DNA of 64,000 bases from Mustelus asterias (Eukaryota). The translations under genes and the position numbers were made by a program. A model generated the notes under the pieces. The model did not search any database and had not been told where the DNA came from. It was given only the letters and a program-made list of their open reading frames with translations. Shown here piece by piece: positions 25,041 through 36,490 of this stretch. Location: the NCBI RefSeq assembly GCF_964213995.1, contig NW_027590205.1, positions 372,001 to 436,000 of the forward strand, in the 5' to 3' direction. How positions within the stretch are numbered: the stretch's first letter is position 1; the number at the start of each line of letters is the position of its first letter.

Positions 25041-25725
25041 TGTTGGCTGCTCTGTAGCCCAATGGGGCTGTCTTGAAATGTTGCAACATTCATTTGGAAT
25101 GCTGTAGACACATTAATCTAAGAATGATTGAAAATGGTTAACAATGTCACAGAACGATGAGAGGGTCATAAATCCATCAGATCTTTGCGAATTATTTTAT
25201 GAGGAGCTAAACGATGAATATGTCGTTGCGGATTGGTGGGTCGATGGGCCTGTTCCTGTCCTGAACTGTTCTTTGTTCCGATTTCAATTTCCTCCTTTCA
25301 TTCCATGAAGTTGATGTTTCTCCCTTTTAAGTCATTGAAAAATCCCAATTTGAAGAAGGAGTTTCTGCGGAATCCATGTACAATTTGCTTTAACAACCTT
25401 TCCCTTACCCAATGGCAGCAAGTATTGGATTTAGCCTCCCGATATAGTTTTCAATGTAAACATATATTTATTTTTGCAATTGATTTCATATCGATTTTAC
25501 AAAACGAATTTAAATCTGATGAAGCATCTCCTCATTATTTCTGAATTATATCTAATATAACTACATTTACTCCACAACCTTCCACAGAGTGTGGAATATA
25601 ACCGACGAGAATAAATCACCTACACCTGAAGCAGTCTTCCTGTGTTGTCCTCCTGTGTCCTGAACATCCGATCCGAGAACTTCGAGAATCGATGGAGAAT
25701 CTGTCTTATTCACACGGACTTCACA

Positions 25726-25910
25726 TGGGGCAACACAGCGGCACGGTGGTTAGCACAGCTGTTTCACAGCGCTAGGGACCCGGGTTCAATTGAAATTCCT
25801 CCTTAGTGTACACGAACAGGCGGCGGAATGTGGCGACGAGAGGATTTTCACAGTAACTTGAAGTATTAATTGCTGTATTAATGTAAGCCTGGTTGTGACA
25901 CTAGTAAATA
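25726..25910 (+). mobile_element. Internally deleted SINE with HE1 head and alternative tail
   Basis: ggcacggtggttagcac...ggttcaatt head joined to ttttcacagtaact...taatgtaagcct..ttgtgacactagtaaa tail. Confidence 0.7.
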
Positions 25911-26252
25911 TGTTTTGCACACAGACACATCCAGAATATGTTTGGCGGTAAAAATGAATACATTCATTATTGCTTATTCTGCAAAAGGGTCCACGTCGAT
26001 TTGTCAATCAATGATCAGCATTGATGAGAAATAGATTTCTGGCTGCTCCTGTTGTTAAAATGTCGTGTTCCATCGCAATGAATATCTAACACGATATTGC
26101 CGCACTTACACCACACCAGGGAATTCCAGTTCAGGAAGTTTACTCTGGAGCTAGCGCGCTTTTTAGGTTTCAATGAGTTCATGTCCCTTTTGTGCGTCAA
26201 TGGCTGTGCCAATCTGCTTTGTTATCTTTCTTAGTGATTGTCCGTGTGTCTC

Positions 26253-26956
26253 GTGGAACAAGCTGCCAGAGGGAGTAGTAGATGCCGTTACAAGTTTATC
26301 TTTTAAAAAGCATTTAGATAGTATATGGGTACGATGGGTATGGAAGGATATGGGCCAAATGCGGGCAATTGAGATTAGCTGAGGGGTTTAAACAAAAACG
26401 GGCGGCATGGACAAGTTGGGCCGAAGGGCCTGTTTCCATGCTGTAAACCTCCAGAGATTTTAGAGAGAGTGCAGAGGAGGTTTACCAGGATGTTGCCTGG
26501 TATGGAAGGGCTTAGTTATGAGGAGAGATTGGGTAAACTGGGGTTGTTCTCACTGGAAAGACGGAGGATGAGGGGTGACCTAAAAGAGGTGTATAAAATT
26601 ATGAAAGGCATAGATAGGGTGAACGGTGGGAAGCTTTTTCCCAGGTCGGTGGTGACGTTCACGAGGGGTCATAGGTTCAAGGTGAGGGGTGGGGGGCGGG
26701 GGGGGGGGGAGGTTTAATACGGATATCAGAAGGAGGTATTTTACACAGAGGGTGGTGGGGGCCTGGAATGCGCTGCTGGGCAAGGTGGTGGAGGTGGTGG
26801 GAACGTTTAAGACTTATCTAGATAGCCACATGAACGGAGTGGGAATGGAGGGATACAAAAGAATGGTCTAGTTGGGACCAGGGAGCGGCACGGGCTTGGA
26901 GGGCCGAAGGGCCTGTTCCTGTGCTGTATTGTTCTTTGTTCTTTGTTTGTTCTTTG
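26253..26956 (+). mobile_element. Two adjacent CR1 3' fragments
   Basis: WNKLPEGVV plus tail to ~26450; then ERVQRRFTRMLPG...(ttctttg)n, nearly identical to the 3' end of the 17.8-20.7 kb element. Confidence 0.88.
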
Positions 26957-27234
26957 ACTCTATGACTATGTTTGAGTCGATCGGTTTGGGAATCTATCAC
27001 TTCGTTTACTTGTCTTTGTGTTGATTCTGTGCAGTATCCGAGGCTTCCAGTGAACACGGAGGTGGAGTTATTCATGCATTATCATGGTTAGCAACGCAAA
27101 CTAATAGTTGTCAGAAATCTGCAGAATAATTCTGGATTTATAACGAGGGACGTTAGAATTGATGTCACTGTCTGGGCATATATCTATATGGTTATATATC
27201 CTTATTCGTGTTGGTCTTTCCACGTGACCGTGTG

Positions 27235-27468
27235 TCTATCTGTTCTCCGCATGTCTGCTGGGTTTCCTCGGGTGCTGTGGCTTCCTCCAACAGACCAAAG
27301 ATGTGCGGATTAGGTGGATTGGCCATGCTAAATTGACCCCTAGTGTCAGGGAGATTATGTGTGCGGTTACGGGAATAGGGCCTCGGTGGAATTGTGGTCG
27401 GTACAGATTCGCTGGGCCGAATGGCCTCCTTCTGTACTGTAGGGGTTCTATGATTCTATGTTCTCTAT
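27235..27468 (+). mobile_element. HE1-type SINE, 3' part
   Basis: gggtttcctcgggtgct...ggccatgctaaattg...gggccgaatggcctccttctgtactgtagg. Confidence 0.85.
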
Positions 27469-27731
27469 AAGTATCAGTCTTTTCAGGTTGCCGTGTGTGT
27501 ACCTGTTTCCAATATGCGGCTGTGCTGTCCACGGGAGAGCACTCTCTGATCACTTATGAAAGATCACAATCCCTTTCTAAAGGAAGCGTCTGTTTGAAGA
27601 TGTAAAGATGGGCGGAGAGATGGAGTCACCTTGGACCTCATAACATCCCCCTGACTGTTTCAACATCTCCAATTGCAGATCTGATTCAGACAGTGATCAG
27701 TCTCTCTGTTTCTGCTGTTCAGACTCGAACC

Positions 27732-28203
27732 ATGGGGGTGAAACTCTGTCTCACTCTGGTTATTGTCCTGATTACAGGTCTGTCATTTTGAACTTCTGCG
27801 TGAAATCTGCCAGTCACCACATTCATTCCCCATTTCCATCTCGAGGGGATTATTCCATTGTTGTTACTCCTTCTAACCCACTGCGTGTCTGTTACCTATT
27901 TTCAGACATGAGTAACGGTGACTCAGTGTCCCAGTCAGGACCAGGTGTTGAAGCAGCAGAGGGTGAAGATTCAGCAATACCCTGCAGTTACTCGGGACAG
28001 AGTTTAACTGTACAACATTACTGTTCTGGTATCGCCAGTATACACACCGAGCTCCTCATTGACTGCTCAGAGCCGCGAATGTACGGGTCTCAAGGTTTTT
28101 TACATTGCAGCGGGAATCTCAACCTGAAACAAAGCACTTTTCACTTGCCCATGAAAGATTTGAAGGTGACAGACAACACCGAGTATTACTGTGCACTGAG
28201 AGC
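27732..28203 (+). pseudogene. TCR alpha/delta-type V segment 1: leader exon 27732-27777, V exon 27906-28203; ORF open but conserved Trp out of frame
   Basis: 46-nt leader MGVKLCLTLVIVLIT, GT-AG intron, GDSVSQ...IPCSYS, LFWYRQY in a shifted frame, DLKVTDNTEYYCALR, then RSS. Confidence 0.88.
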
Positions 28204-28242
28204 CACAGTGAATGAGGCTCTCGCGGGCCTCATACAAAATCT
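28204..28242 (+). promoter_or_regulatory. 23-bp-spacer recombination signal sequence of V1
   Basis: CACAGTG + 23 nt + ACAAAATCT. Confidence 0.92.
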
Positions 28243-28774
28243 GGCACAGGTCGATAATCAATGATTCATTGTCAGGACAACACATGGGGTTAAAAATCAG
28301 CGAAAATTTACTCATAGTGAACCTGACAATACAGTCCCGTCTAAGTGTTTTCCCTCACTGAGGTTACTGATTGTCACTGTTGGGAAGTTTGACATGTTTT
28401 TACTCATATTACTATCACATCAAGTCCAATCGCTCCCCGATCCTTTCACACAAACCCACAGATCTCCCAGGTGAACCATGTCATCAGACAGACCACACCT
28501 TTCAAAAGTGATCAAGTTTCAAAGGCAGACTCAGAGTTGTCACATGTTGAAGTTGCTGGTTAAAATTATTGACTGTAACATGTGTACTTTATAAACAAAA
28601 ACCCCCAGTTGCAAACAGTCGAGGTAACAATATTGGACGGATATTTTGCTGGAACTTAAAGTCCACAAATGCTGATGCGGTAAGTTATTTAATCAATTTC
28701 GGCTTTCACTCGAGGTGTCAGAACTGCTTTGTAGAAAGTTAAACAATTTTTATTTTGTTAGCTGCTAACGTGCA

Positions 28775-28864
28775 GGTTCGTTGGTCTAGGGGTATGATTC
28801 TCGCTTAGGGTATTTCGCCCCGTTAACATGCGAGAGGTCCCGGGTTCGAATCCCGGACGAGCCC
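28775..28864 (+). tRNA. tRNA-Pro(AGG) with an 18-nt intron (28811-28828)
   Basis: Removing TATTTCGCCCCGTTAACA after G37 gives a canonical vertebrate Pro-AGG (one U-G pair in the acceptor stem), intact A/B boxes, TTTT terminator at 28867-28870. Confidence 0.9.
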
Positions 28865-29169
28865 CGTTTTGACCGAAATATTGTGTTCGAAAGGAGATAT
28901 TTTGATTTATTTAAGGTGCATACGGCGGGATGGCTTTCTGCTGACTGGCTCCGAAAAAGAGTCATAAAGGCACAGAGTTTTACAGCACGGATAGAGCCCA
29001 CTGGGACACCCACATGGCAGGCGCGGACACCCATCTGCGCCTGCCACGTGACAGCTGGACGGGAAGCGTTAGTTCTGATTCTCGCTGCACAGATACTTCC
29101 AGAAATGCTGACATAACCCAGCATTTTCTGTTTTTATTTCAGATTTTGAAAGTCCGCAGTGTGCGGCAT

Positions 29170-29800
29170 TATATTAGACTTTGGGCTGACAAGTGGCAAG
29201 TAACATTCGCGCCAGACAAATGCCAGACAACGTCCATCACAAATAAGAGAAAATCTAACCACCGCCTCTTGACAGTCAATAGTTGTTCCATCACTGAATC
29301 CCCCATTGTTAACATCCTTACGGTTACCATTGACCAGATACTCAATTGGACTCGCCACATAAACACAATGGCTACAAGAGCAGGTCAGAGGCCAGGAATA
29401 CTGTGGCGAATACCTCACCTCCTGACTCCCCAGAGCCTGTCCACCATCTACAAGGCACAAGTCAGGAGCGTGATGGAATATTCCCACCTCGCCTGGATGG
29501 GTGCAGCTCCAACAACACACAAGAAGATTGACATCATCCAGGACAAAGCAGCCCGCTTGATTGGCACCACATCCTCAAGCATTCAATCCCGCCACAACCG
29601 ACGCTCAGGAGCAGCGATGTGTATTATCTAAAAGATACAGAGCGGCAATTTACCAACGATCCTTAGACAGCACCTTCGAAACCCACGACCACTTCCATCC
29701 AGAAGGACAAGGGTAGTAGACACATGGGAACACCACCATCTGTAAGTTCTCCTCCAAGTCACTCACCATCCTGACTTGGAATTATATTGCCATTCCTTAG
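29170..29800 (+). mobile_element. L2/CR1-group LINE 3' fragment
   Basis: WADKWQVTFAPDKCQ...YKAQVRSVMEYS...IQDKAARLI. Confidence 0.8.
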
Positions 29801-29884
29801 CATGGCCTTATTCTGTGGTGTACTCATTTTCTGATTTAGTGCGGACCTCACCCTGAGGCCGTGAACCGCAAAGTATTTTCTCAT

Positions 29885-30636
29885 TTCTGTCATCTCTCCC
29901 TCAATGTCAACAAAACGGAGATTGTCATTGACTTCAGAAAGCGTAGAGGAGAACATGCCCCTGTCTCCATCAAAGGGGACGAAGTAGAAAGTGTCGAGAG
30001 CTTCAGGTTTTTAGGTCTCCAGATCACCAACAGCCTGTCCTGGCCTCCCATGCCGACACTATAGTGAAGAAAGCCCATCAACGCCTCTACGTTCTCAGAA
30101 GACTTAGGAAATTTGGCATGTCAGCTACAACTGTCACCAAGTTTTACAGGTGCACCATAGAAAACATTCTTTCGAGTTGTATCACAGCTTGATATGGCTC
30201 CTGCTCTGCCCAAGACCGCAATAAACTACAAAGGGTCGTGAATGTAGTCCAATCCATCACTCAAACCAGCCTCCCATCCATTAATTCTGTCTACGCTTCC
30301 TGCTGCCTCGGCAAAGCAGCCAGCATTGTTAAGGACCCCACGCACCCGGACATTCTCTCTTCCACCTTCTTCCTTCGAGACAAAGATACAGAAGTCTGAG
30401 GTCACGTGCTAGCCGACTCAAGAACAGCTTCTTCCCTGCAGCCATCATACTTTTGAATGGCCATTACCTTGCATTAAGTTGATCTTTGTCTACACCCTGA
30501 CAGTGACTGCAATACCACATTCTGCACTCCCGTTTCCTTCTCTATGAACAGTACACTTTGTCTGTATAGCGCGCAAGTAAAAATGCTTTTCACAGCATAC
30601 TAATACGTGACAATAATAAATAAAACTAAATCAAAT
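29885..30636 (+). mobile_element. Rex1/Babar-like LINE 3' fragment
   Basis: LSLNVNKTEIVIDFRK, VESFRFLG, KAHQRLY.LRRLRKFG; 3' gtgacaataataaa tail. Confidence 0.75.
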
Positions 30637-30900
30637 AGTTTCATTTCTCCTGACTTCCACACTCTTCCTGTTGTTACATTTCATCCCTCCTGAGTTTCAG
30701 TCGTTTCAAATTCCCACATTTTTCACCTTTTCCTGTTGTAATGAAAGGCCATGGACGTAAAAGATGAGCTTTGTTTCCCTGTCCACAAATTCTGCCTGAA
30801 TTCCTAAGTTTATGCAGCATCTTCCGCCTTCGCTGCAGTTATCTGATCGGCTTTGAATGGCCAAGAGAGCATCTTTTCTTTCAATCAGTGGCTGCTTATA

Positions 30901-30981
30901 GGCTCCTTGGTGTAGGGGTATGAATCGCATTTTGGTATGCCTTAACCACCGAGATCCCGAGTTAAAATCCGAGACTAACCC
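30901..30981 (+). pseudogene. Degenerate tRNA-Pro(TGG) with probable intron remnant
   Basis: GGCTCCTTGGTGTAGGGGTATGAATCGCATTTTGG-tatgccttaacc-ACCGAGATCCCGAGTTAAAATCCGAGACTAACCC. Confidence 0.65.
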
Positions 30982-31055
30982 TACTGTTTCTTCTTATCCC
31001 TGTTACATCAAAACATCGGAAGCAGGAGGAGGTCATTGGAACATCATCTACCATT

Positions 31056-31400
31056 CATAGAATCATAGAAACCCTACAGTGCAGAAGGAGGCCATTCGGC
31101 CCATCGAGTCTGCACCGACCACAATCCCACCCAGGCCCTATCCCTACCCCCAAATATTTACCCGCTAATCCCTCTAACCTACGCATCTCAGGACTCTAAG
31201 GGGCAATTTTGAACCTGGCCAATCAACCTAACCCGCATATCTTTGGACTGTGGGAGGAAACCGGAGCACCCGGAGGAAACCCACGCAGACACGAGGAGAA
31301 TGTGCAAACTCCACACAGACAGTGACCCGAGCAGGGAATCGAACCCGGGACCCTGGAGCTGTGAAGCAGCAGTGCTAACCATGTGCTACCGTGCCACCCC
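31056..31400 (-). mobile_element. Full-length young HE1-type SINE
   Basis: Complete head, body and (ttctatga)n tail. Confidence 0.92.
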
Positions 31401-31667
31401 TACCGTGCCTGATAATCAAATTCAATACCCTGATCCGCCATTTAGCACCAAGAGTATATTAAACTTCTCTTGAAATCATAGTGTTTGGCCTCAACGACTT
31501 TCTGTGGGAGTGAACTCTGCAGATTCACCACTCTCTGGCTGAAGGAAGTCTCATCATCTCAGCCGTTATCCTCAAACTATAATCCCCAGCCCTGGACTCC
31601 CCACTAACGTGAACATTCTTTCTGAATCTACCCTGTTTCATCCGGTCAGAATGTTATAAGGTTCCAT

Positions 31668-31985
31668 TAGAATCATAGAATCCCTGAGTACAGAACAAGG
31701 CCAATTCGGCCCATCAAGTCTGTACTGACCACAACCCCATCCAGGCCCCACTCCTGTAACTACATGCATTCACCCTGCTAATACCCCTGACACTAGGGCC
31801 AATTTAACACGGTCAATCAACATTAGCCGCACATCTTTGGACAATGGGAGGAAACCGGAACACCCGGAGGAAACCCATGCAGATACGGGGAGAATGTGCA
31901 AACTCCACACAGACAGCGACCCGATGCCAGATTTGAACCTCGGACCCTGGCGTTTTGAGGCGGCAGTGCTAACCAATGTACCACC
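31668..31985 (-). mobile_element. HE1-type SINE
   Basis: Same family as the 31056-31400 copy. Confidence 0.9.
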
Positions 31986-32072
31986 CAAAACATATCTGCC
32001 CAGAAATAGCCAGGATTAGTTGGCAAGAAATGCATTTGCCAATGTTGGACACCTAAGTGTTAAAATAAGCCG

Positions 32073-32145
32073 CATCCCAGAAGTGACTCGAACACACGCT
32101 CCCTGGTTTAGGAAGCCAGTGCCTTACGCGTTAGGTTACTGGGAC
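32073..32145 (-). pseudogene. tRNA-Arg(CCT) pseudogene
   Basis: Reverse complement GTCCCAGTAACCTAACGCGTAAGGCACTGGCTTCCTAAACCAGGGAGCGTGTGTTCGAGTCAC...; D-loop GG lost. Confidence 0.75.
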
Positions 32146-33459
32146 TATCGGTGAGCTACTGCTGCAACTTTAAAAAGCTGTATATCTCCATCCACATAGA
32201 CAGTGACTAACCCCAGAATCGAAACCAGGTCCCTGGTATTGTGAGCCAGCAGAACTAGCCACTGTGCCGCCCTCTCCCACGAAGATTTGATCAGATTTCA
32301 TGAGCTGCAGATTTTGTTTTTTTCTTTGCATTGCAGACTTTGGGATTGGTCCACATGGGGTTTCGTTTGAGAACCTGAGCACAAACTGTGAGGAAACTAT
32401 CAGCACAACACACTCGCTCGAAAATAAAGATATGATCAACAGGGTTGGCTATGTAACTTGACGTTCATTTTATCTCCATTCACCTCTTCAGCTGGCCCCA
32501 TGATTATGGGTTCAGTGAGCTGCCTGGATGTTTCTTTTTGTTCATGTGGGTGTCGCTGGCTAGATCAGCATGCACTGCCCATCAGTATTTAGCCTTGAGA
32601 AAGTAGTGGTGAGCTGCCTTCTTGAAACGTTGTAATCCATTTGTACAGGTACACTTACAGTGCTGTTAGGGAGGGAAGTCCACGAATTTGTCCCAATGAC
32701 AGTGAAGGAACGGCGATATATTTCCAAATCAGAATGCTGAGGGAATTGAGTGTGGTGTTGGCTGTGTGGCGTTGGAGGGGGGAGAGGGGGCGGGGGGGGG
32801 GGGGGGGGGGGGCTGGCAGGGGAGCTGCCAGGTGGAAGCGGTCTTGGGTTTGGGAGATGCTGTCTAAAATGCCTTTGGTGGATTCCTGCATCATGCAGAC
32901 AAGTGGAGAATATTCTATCGCACTCCTGACTTGTGCCATGTCGATCGTGGACTGTTTTGTGGGAGTCGGGAGATGAGTTACTCCCATAGGATTCCCATCC
33001 TCTGCCCTGCTCTTTTAGCCACTGAATAAACTGATAACATGCGTGCTGAGTCAGAATAGGTGTGTCTTCTTTCCTGCTCAGTTTGTCGTGAATTTTCCGC
33101 ACTTTTGTCTTTTCCTGAATGTATTTTGAGGCTCAAGTAAGGGCCAATGTCATATGATTGTAAGATACTACATTCAGGTAATATTCAATCGTGGATTCAC
33201 TGGCGGGAGGGGTACGGTTTCGAGTCATGTTGTTGACGCTGGATTGATAAAGCAGAGAAGCAGGCTGAAGCTTTGGGAACCAGGGTTCGAATTCCAACAC
33301 AGCAGGTTAACGCAATTCAAGGCAAAGTAGAATTACTGTGAGTGAGTAGAGAAAATTTTAATTATGCAACATTTCCTCACTAAAATGTTTTGACCATGTT
33401 TCTGCCGATTTTGAAGCCTCGGACCGATATGTAAACATTGCTGCATGTGGTTTTGCTGT

Positions 33460-33532
33460 GGGCCAGTGGCGCAATGGATAACGCGTCTGACTACGGATCA
33501 GAAGATTCCAGGTTCGACTCCTGACTGGCTCG
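33460..33532 (+). tRNA. tRNA-Arg(ACG), near-canonical
   Basis: GGGCCAGTGGCGCAATGGATAACGCGTCTGACTACGGATCAGAAGATTCCAGGTTCGACTCCTGACTGGCTCG; one T-stem substitution relative to the vertebrate sequence as I recall it. Confidence 0.9.
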
Positions 33533-34971
33533 GTGTAATAATTTAACAGTAGTTCATGTGGATTTTAACAATATTCGTGTGGATGAACAATGTGTTTTCA
33601 CAAATTTTGGACCAATTCAGAGAAATGTTTTGACCAAATGCAGTCAGCTTCTGTGATGAAATTTATCTTAGCCAATGATTGTTCAAAAAAATGTTGACTA
33701 TTTTAAGAAAAAAATACTGATAAAGTTCAATTAAGTTTTTATTTAAAAAATAGTTTCTTTAAATGACGAATTCTCGTTAAAGTATTCGGGGAAAATATGT
33801 TAGCAAGTTTAAGCTACCTTTTAAAAAGGTGGAAATTTCTCGAAAAATACGTGGAAACATTACATTTTTCAAAATAGTGAAAACACTTTCTAAAACGTTG
33901 ATGAACTCTGATTAAACATGTTTAATTTTAAGAAGCAAAATACACAGAAATGTTTTTTAAAAGTTGACAAATTTCAGTTAAATCAGATGGAGGAATTTCT
34001 TTGGAGTAAGTTTAGTTTTGAAAAGTTCAAATTAGCCAGAAGTTTCTGGTTTGTGATGCTGGGATTGTTGTCCATTGGAGCGAAGGAGATTGAGGAGCGA
34101 TTTAATCGAGGTGGACTAGATTAGGGCAAGTTTAGAGGGGGAGGGGCAAATTTTAAGATATTGGGCAAGGCGGGGGCGAAGAAGATTTGGAAGCAACATT
34201 TTTTCCACAGCGAATGCTCAGGACCTGGAACTCATTGCCTCCGAGAGTTTTGGATGAGGTCAATTTAGGTAATAGAAATTCTGAGGTGGACATGGACCTC
34301 CTGAGAAAGAAGATGGGTCTCCAGGAACATTCTTTAGGCAGGTAGATGGATCTCCTCGGTGACATTGAATCTGAAGATCAACCTGTGGAAGCACACCCCT
34401 TCCCCGGCCACCGCCCCCACCCACTGTTGAGAACAGTACAGCACAGGAAACAGGCCCTTCGGCCCTCCAAAATGTTTGACAAGAACCCCGCTGATATTAA
34501 ATGCAAGGGCATCAAAATCAAAAAGGGTATTTTGGACCATTCGTTCTTCGTTGTAGATATTTTCAATATCATATAACGTGAAAAAGGATATGCAAAATAT
34601 TCAGACTGTTGAATGGGAACTCCCGACATTGTTACAAGGACAACATTAACCATTTACCTCATTGTCACCACCTCAGAAGCTGTCTTGGCCAAAGGGCCAA
34701 CATTGCGGTGAATCCTCGTTTCGGTCCCGCTGTGGGGAAAACAACTTCATTGATTCACTGGCCCTGCTCTGACGTAATAAACTGGAGAACAAAGGGTCTG
34801 TGAGCTGATTGGATGAATTGGAGAATCAGGGACATGATTGGAGGTCACCAGTTGATTCGTTTGGGAACTAACCAATCGCTGGAGAGACCGGAAATACATG
34901 TAAATATCTTCACCCAAACAATTACAGATTGAACCCATTCTGTTTAATTCCGCAATAAACTCGCTGCAAAC

Positions 34972-36451
34972 ATGTTGGGTATCATTTTGTATTCGTTTCT
35001 CACTGTTTCAGCTCTTTTGCCTGGTAAGTCTACAAGGGACATAAACTTCTTCTTGCAAGCGATGTCGACAGTAATTTAGGTCCGCTTTGCTGTAGATGAT
35101 AATGTGATCCGTGTTCTGATGTTATGAGTTACAATAGAATGATAATAACACCTTAACTTTCAATATTTCTAAATTTCTGCCGGTGTCACTACTGGAGACT
35201 CAATATCAAAGGAGCCGGTTACAGCGATGAAGTTTGAATGGGACTCAAAGAACAAAGAACAAAGAAAGTTACAGGCTCTTAGGCCCTCCAAGCCTGGACC
35301 GATCATGTTGCCCGACTGAACTAAAACCCGCTATCCTTCCGGGGACCATATCCCTCTATTCCCATCTTACTCATATATTTGTCCGGACGCACCTTAAATG
35401 TCACTATCGTATCTGTTTCCACTACCTCCTCCGGCAGCGTGTTCCAGGCACCCATCACACTCGGTGTAAAACACTTACCTCATTAATCTCCTTTAAACCT
35501 TGCCCCTCGCACCTTAAACCTATGCCCCTTAGTAATTGACTCTTCCACCCTGGGAAAAACCTTCTGACTATCCACTCTAGCCATGCCCCTCAGAATCTTG
35601 TAGACTTGTATCAGGTCATCCCTCAACCTCCGTCGTTCAAGTGAGAACAAACCAAGTTTCTCCAACTTCTCTTCTTAGCTAATGGGCGGCATGGTAGCAC
35701 AGCGGTTAGCACTGCTTCCTCACAGCTCCAGGGACCTGGGTTTGATTCCCGGCTTTGGTCACGGTCTGTGGCGTAAGCACATTCTCCTCGTGTCAGCGTG
35801 GGTTTCCTCCAGGTGCTCGGATTTCCTCCCACAGTCCAAAAATGTGCGGGTTAGGTTTATTAGTCATGCTAAAATTGCCCCTTAGAGTTCTGAGATGCGT
35901 AGGTTTGAGGGATTAACGTGTACATGTGGGGGTAGGGTCTGGGTGGGATTGTGGTCAGTGCAGACTCGATGGGCCGAATGGCCTCCTTCTGTACTGCAGG
36001 GTTTCTATGATTCTGATGCTCTCCATGCCAGGCAACATCCTGGTAAATCTTTTCTGCACCCTCTCCAAAGCCTCAACATCGTTCTGGTAGTGTGGCGATC
36101 AAAATTGAAAATTATATTCCAAGTACGGCCTAACTAACGTGCTATAAAGCTGCAATATGACTCGCCATTTTTTAAACTCAATGCCCCGGTGACCAATAGA
36201 TTAACGGCACAGCAGCTGGTGCATATTACATTCAATTGTATCGCCAGGACCGGGAGAAGGTTCCCAGCAAAAAGAACGGAGAAAGCCCCCATCTTCTTGA
36301 TCTATATCTCTTATTATGAAGATATTTCCAGTGCAAAGGGTGTGGGAACACTATTTTCTGCATATATCGAGAGGTCGAAAAGCGAGGGGAACTTCAGCAT
36401 GTGTGAGCTGCGGCTGTCGGACAGCGCGGTGTATTACTGTGGACTGAGAGA
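34972..36451 (+). pseudogene. TCR alpha/delta-type V segment 2, split by a CR1 plus SINE insertion
   Basis: Leader MLGIILYSFLTVSALLP|gtaagt (34972-35023); acceptor mutated to CCG; VTTGDSISKEP... (35183-35247); resumes ~36189 with AYYIQLYRQ (W to L) and ELRLSDSAVYYCGLR. Confidence 0.85.
35247..36187 (-). mobile_element. CR1 3' fragment inside V2, containing a nested + strand HE1 SINE (35683-36016)
   Basis: (aaagaac)n tail, LERRRLRDDLIQVYK; SINE head and tail intact. Confidence 0.88.
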
Positions 36452-36490
36452 CGCAATGACAGAAACCAGAGGGAGCCTGGTATGAAAAAA
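36452..36490 (+). promoter_or_regulatory. Degenerate 23-RSS of V2
   Basis: CGCAATG + 23 nt + ATGAAAAAA; the critical CAC is lost. Confidence 0.7.

Larger units (their letters stand above)
14615..25090 (-). repeat. Tandem array of a ~1.24-kb tRNA-Val pseudogene unit (minus orientation), interrupted by CR1 and SINE insertions
   Basis: Repeated unit sequence; tRNA-Val-like copies at 15695, 17212, 22134 (partial), 23373 and 24968; reverse complement of the array at 40.7-44.9 kb. Confidence 0.88.

Noticed and set aside
32560-33102. Proline-rich 180-aa ORF
   Set aside because: Poly-G run within a decayed LINE fragment.
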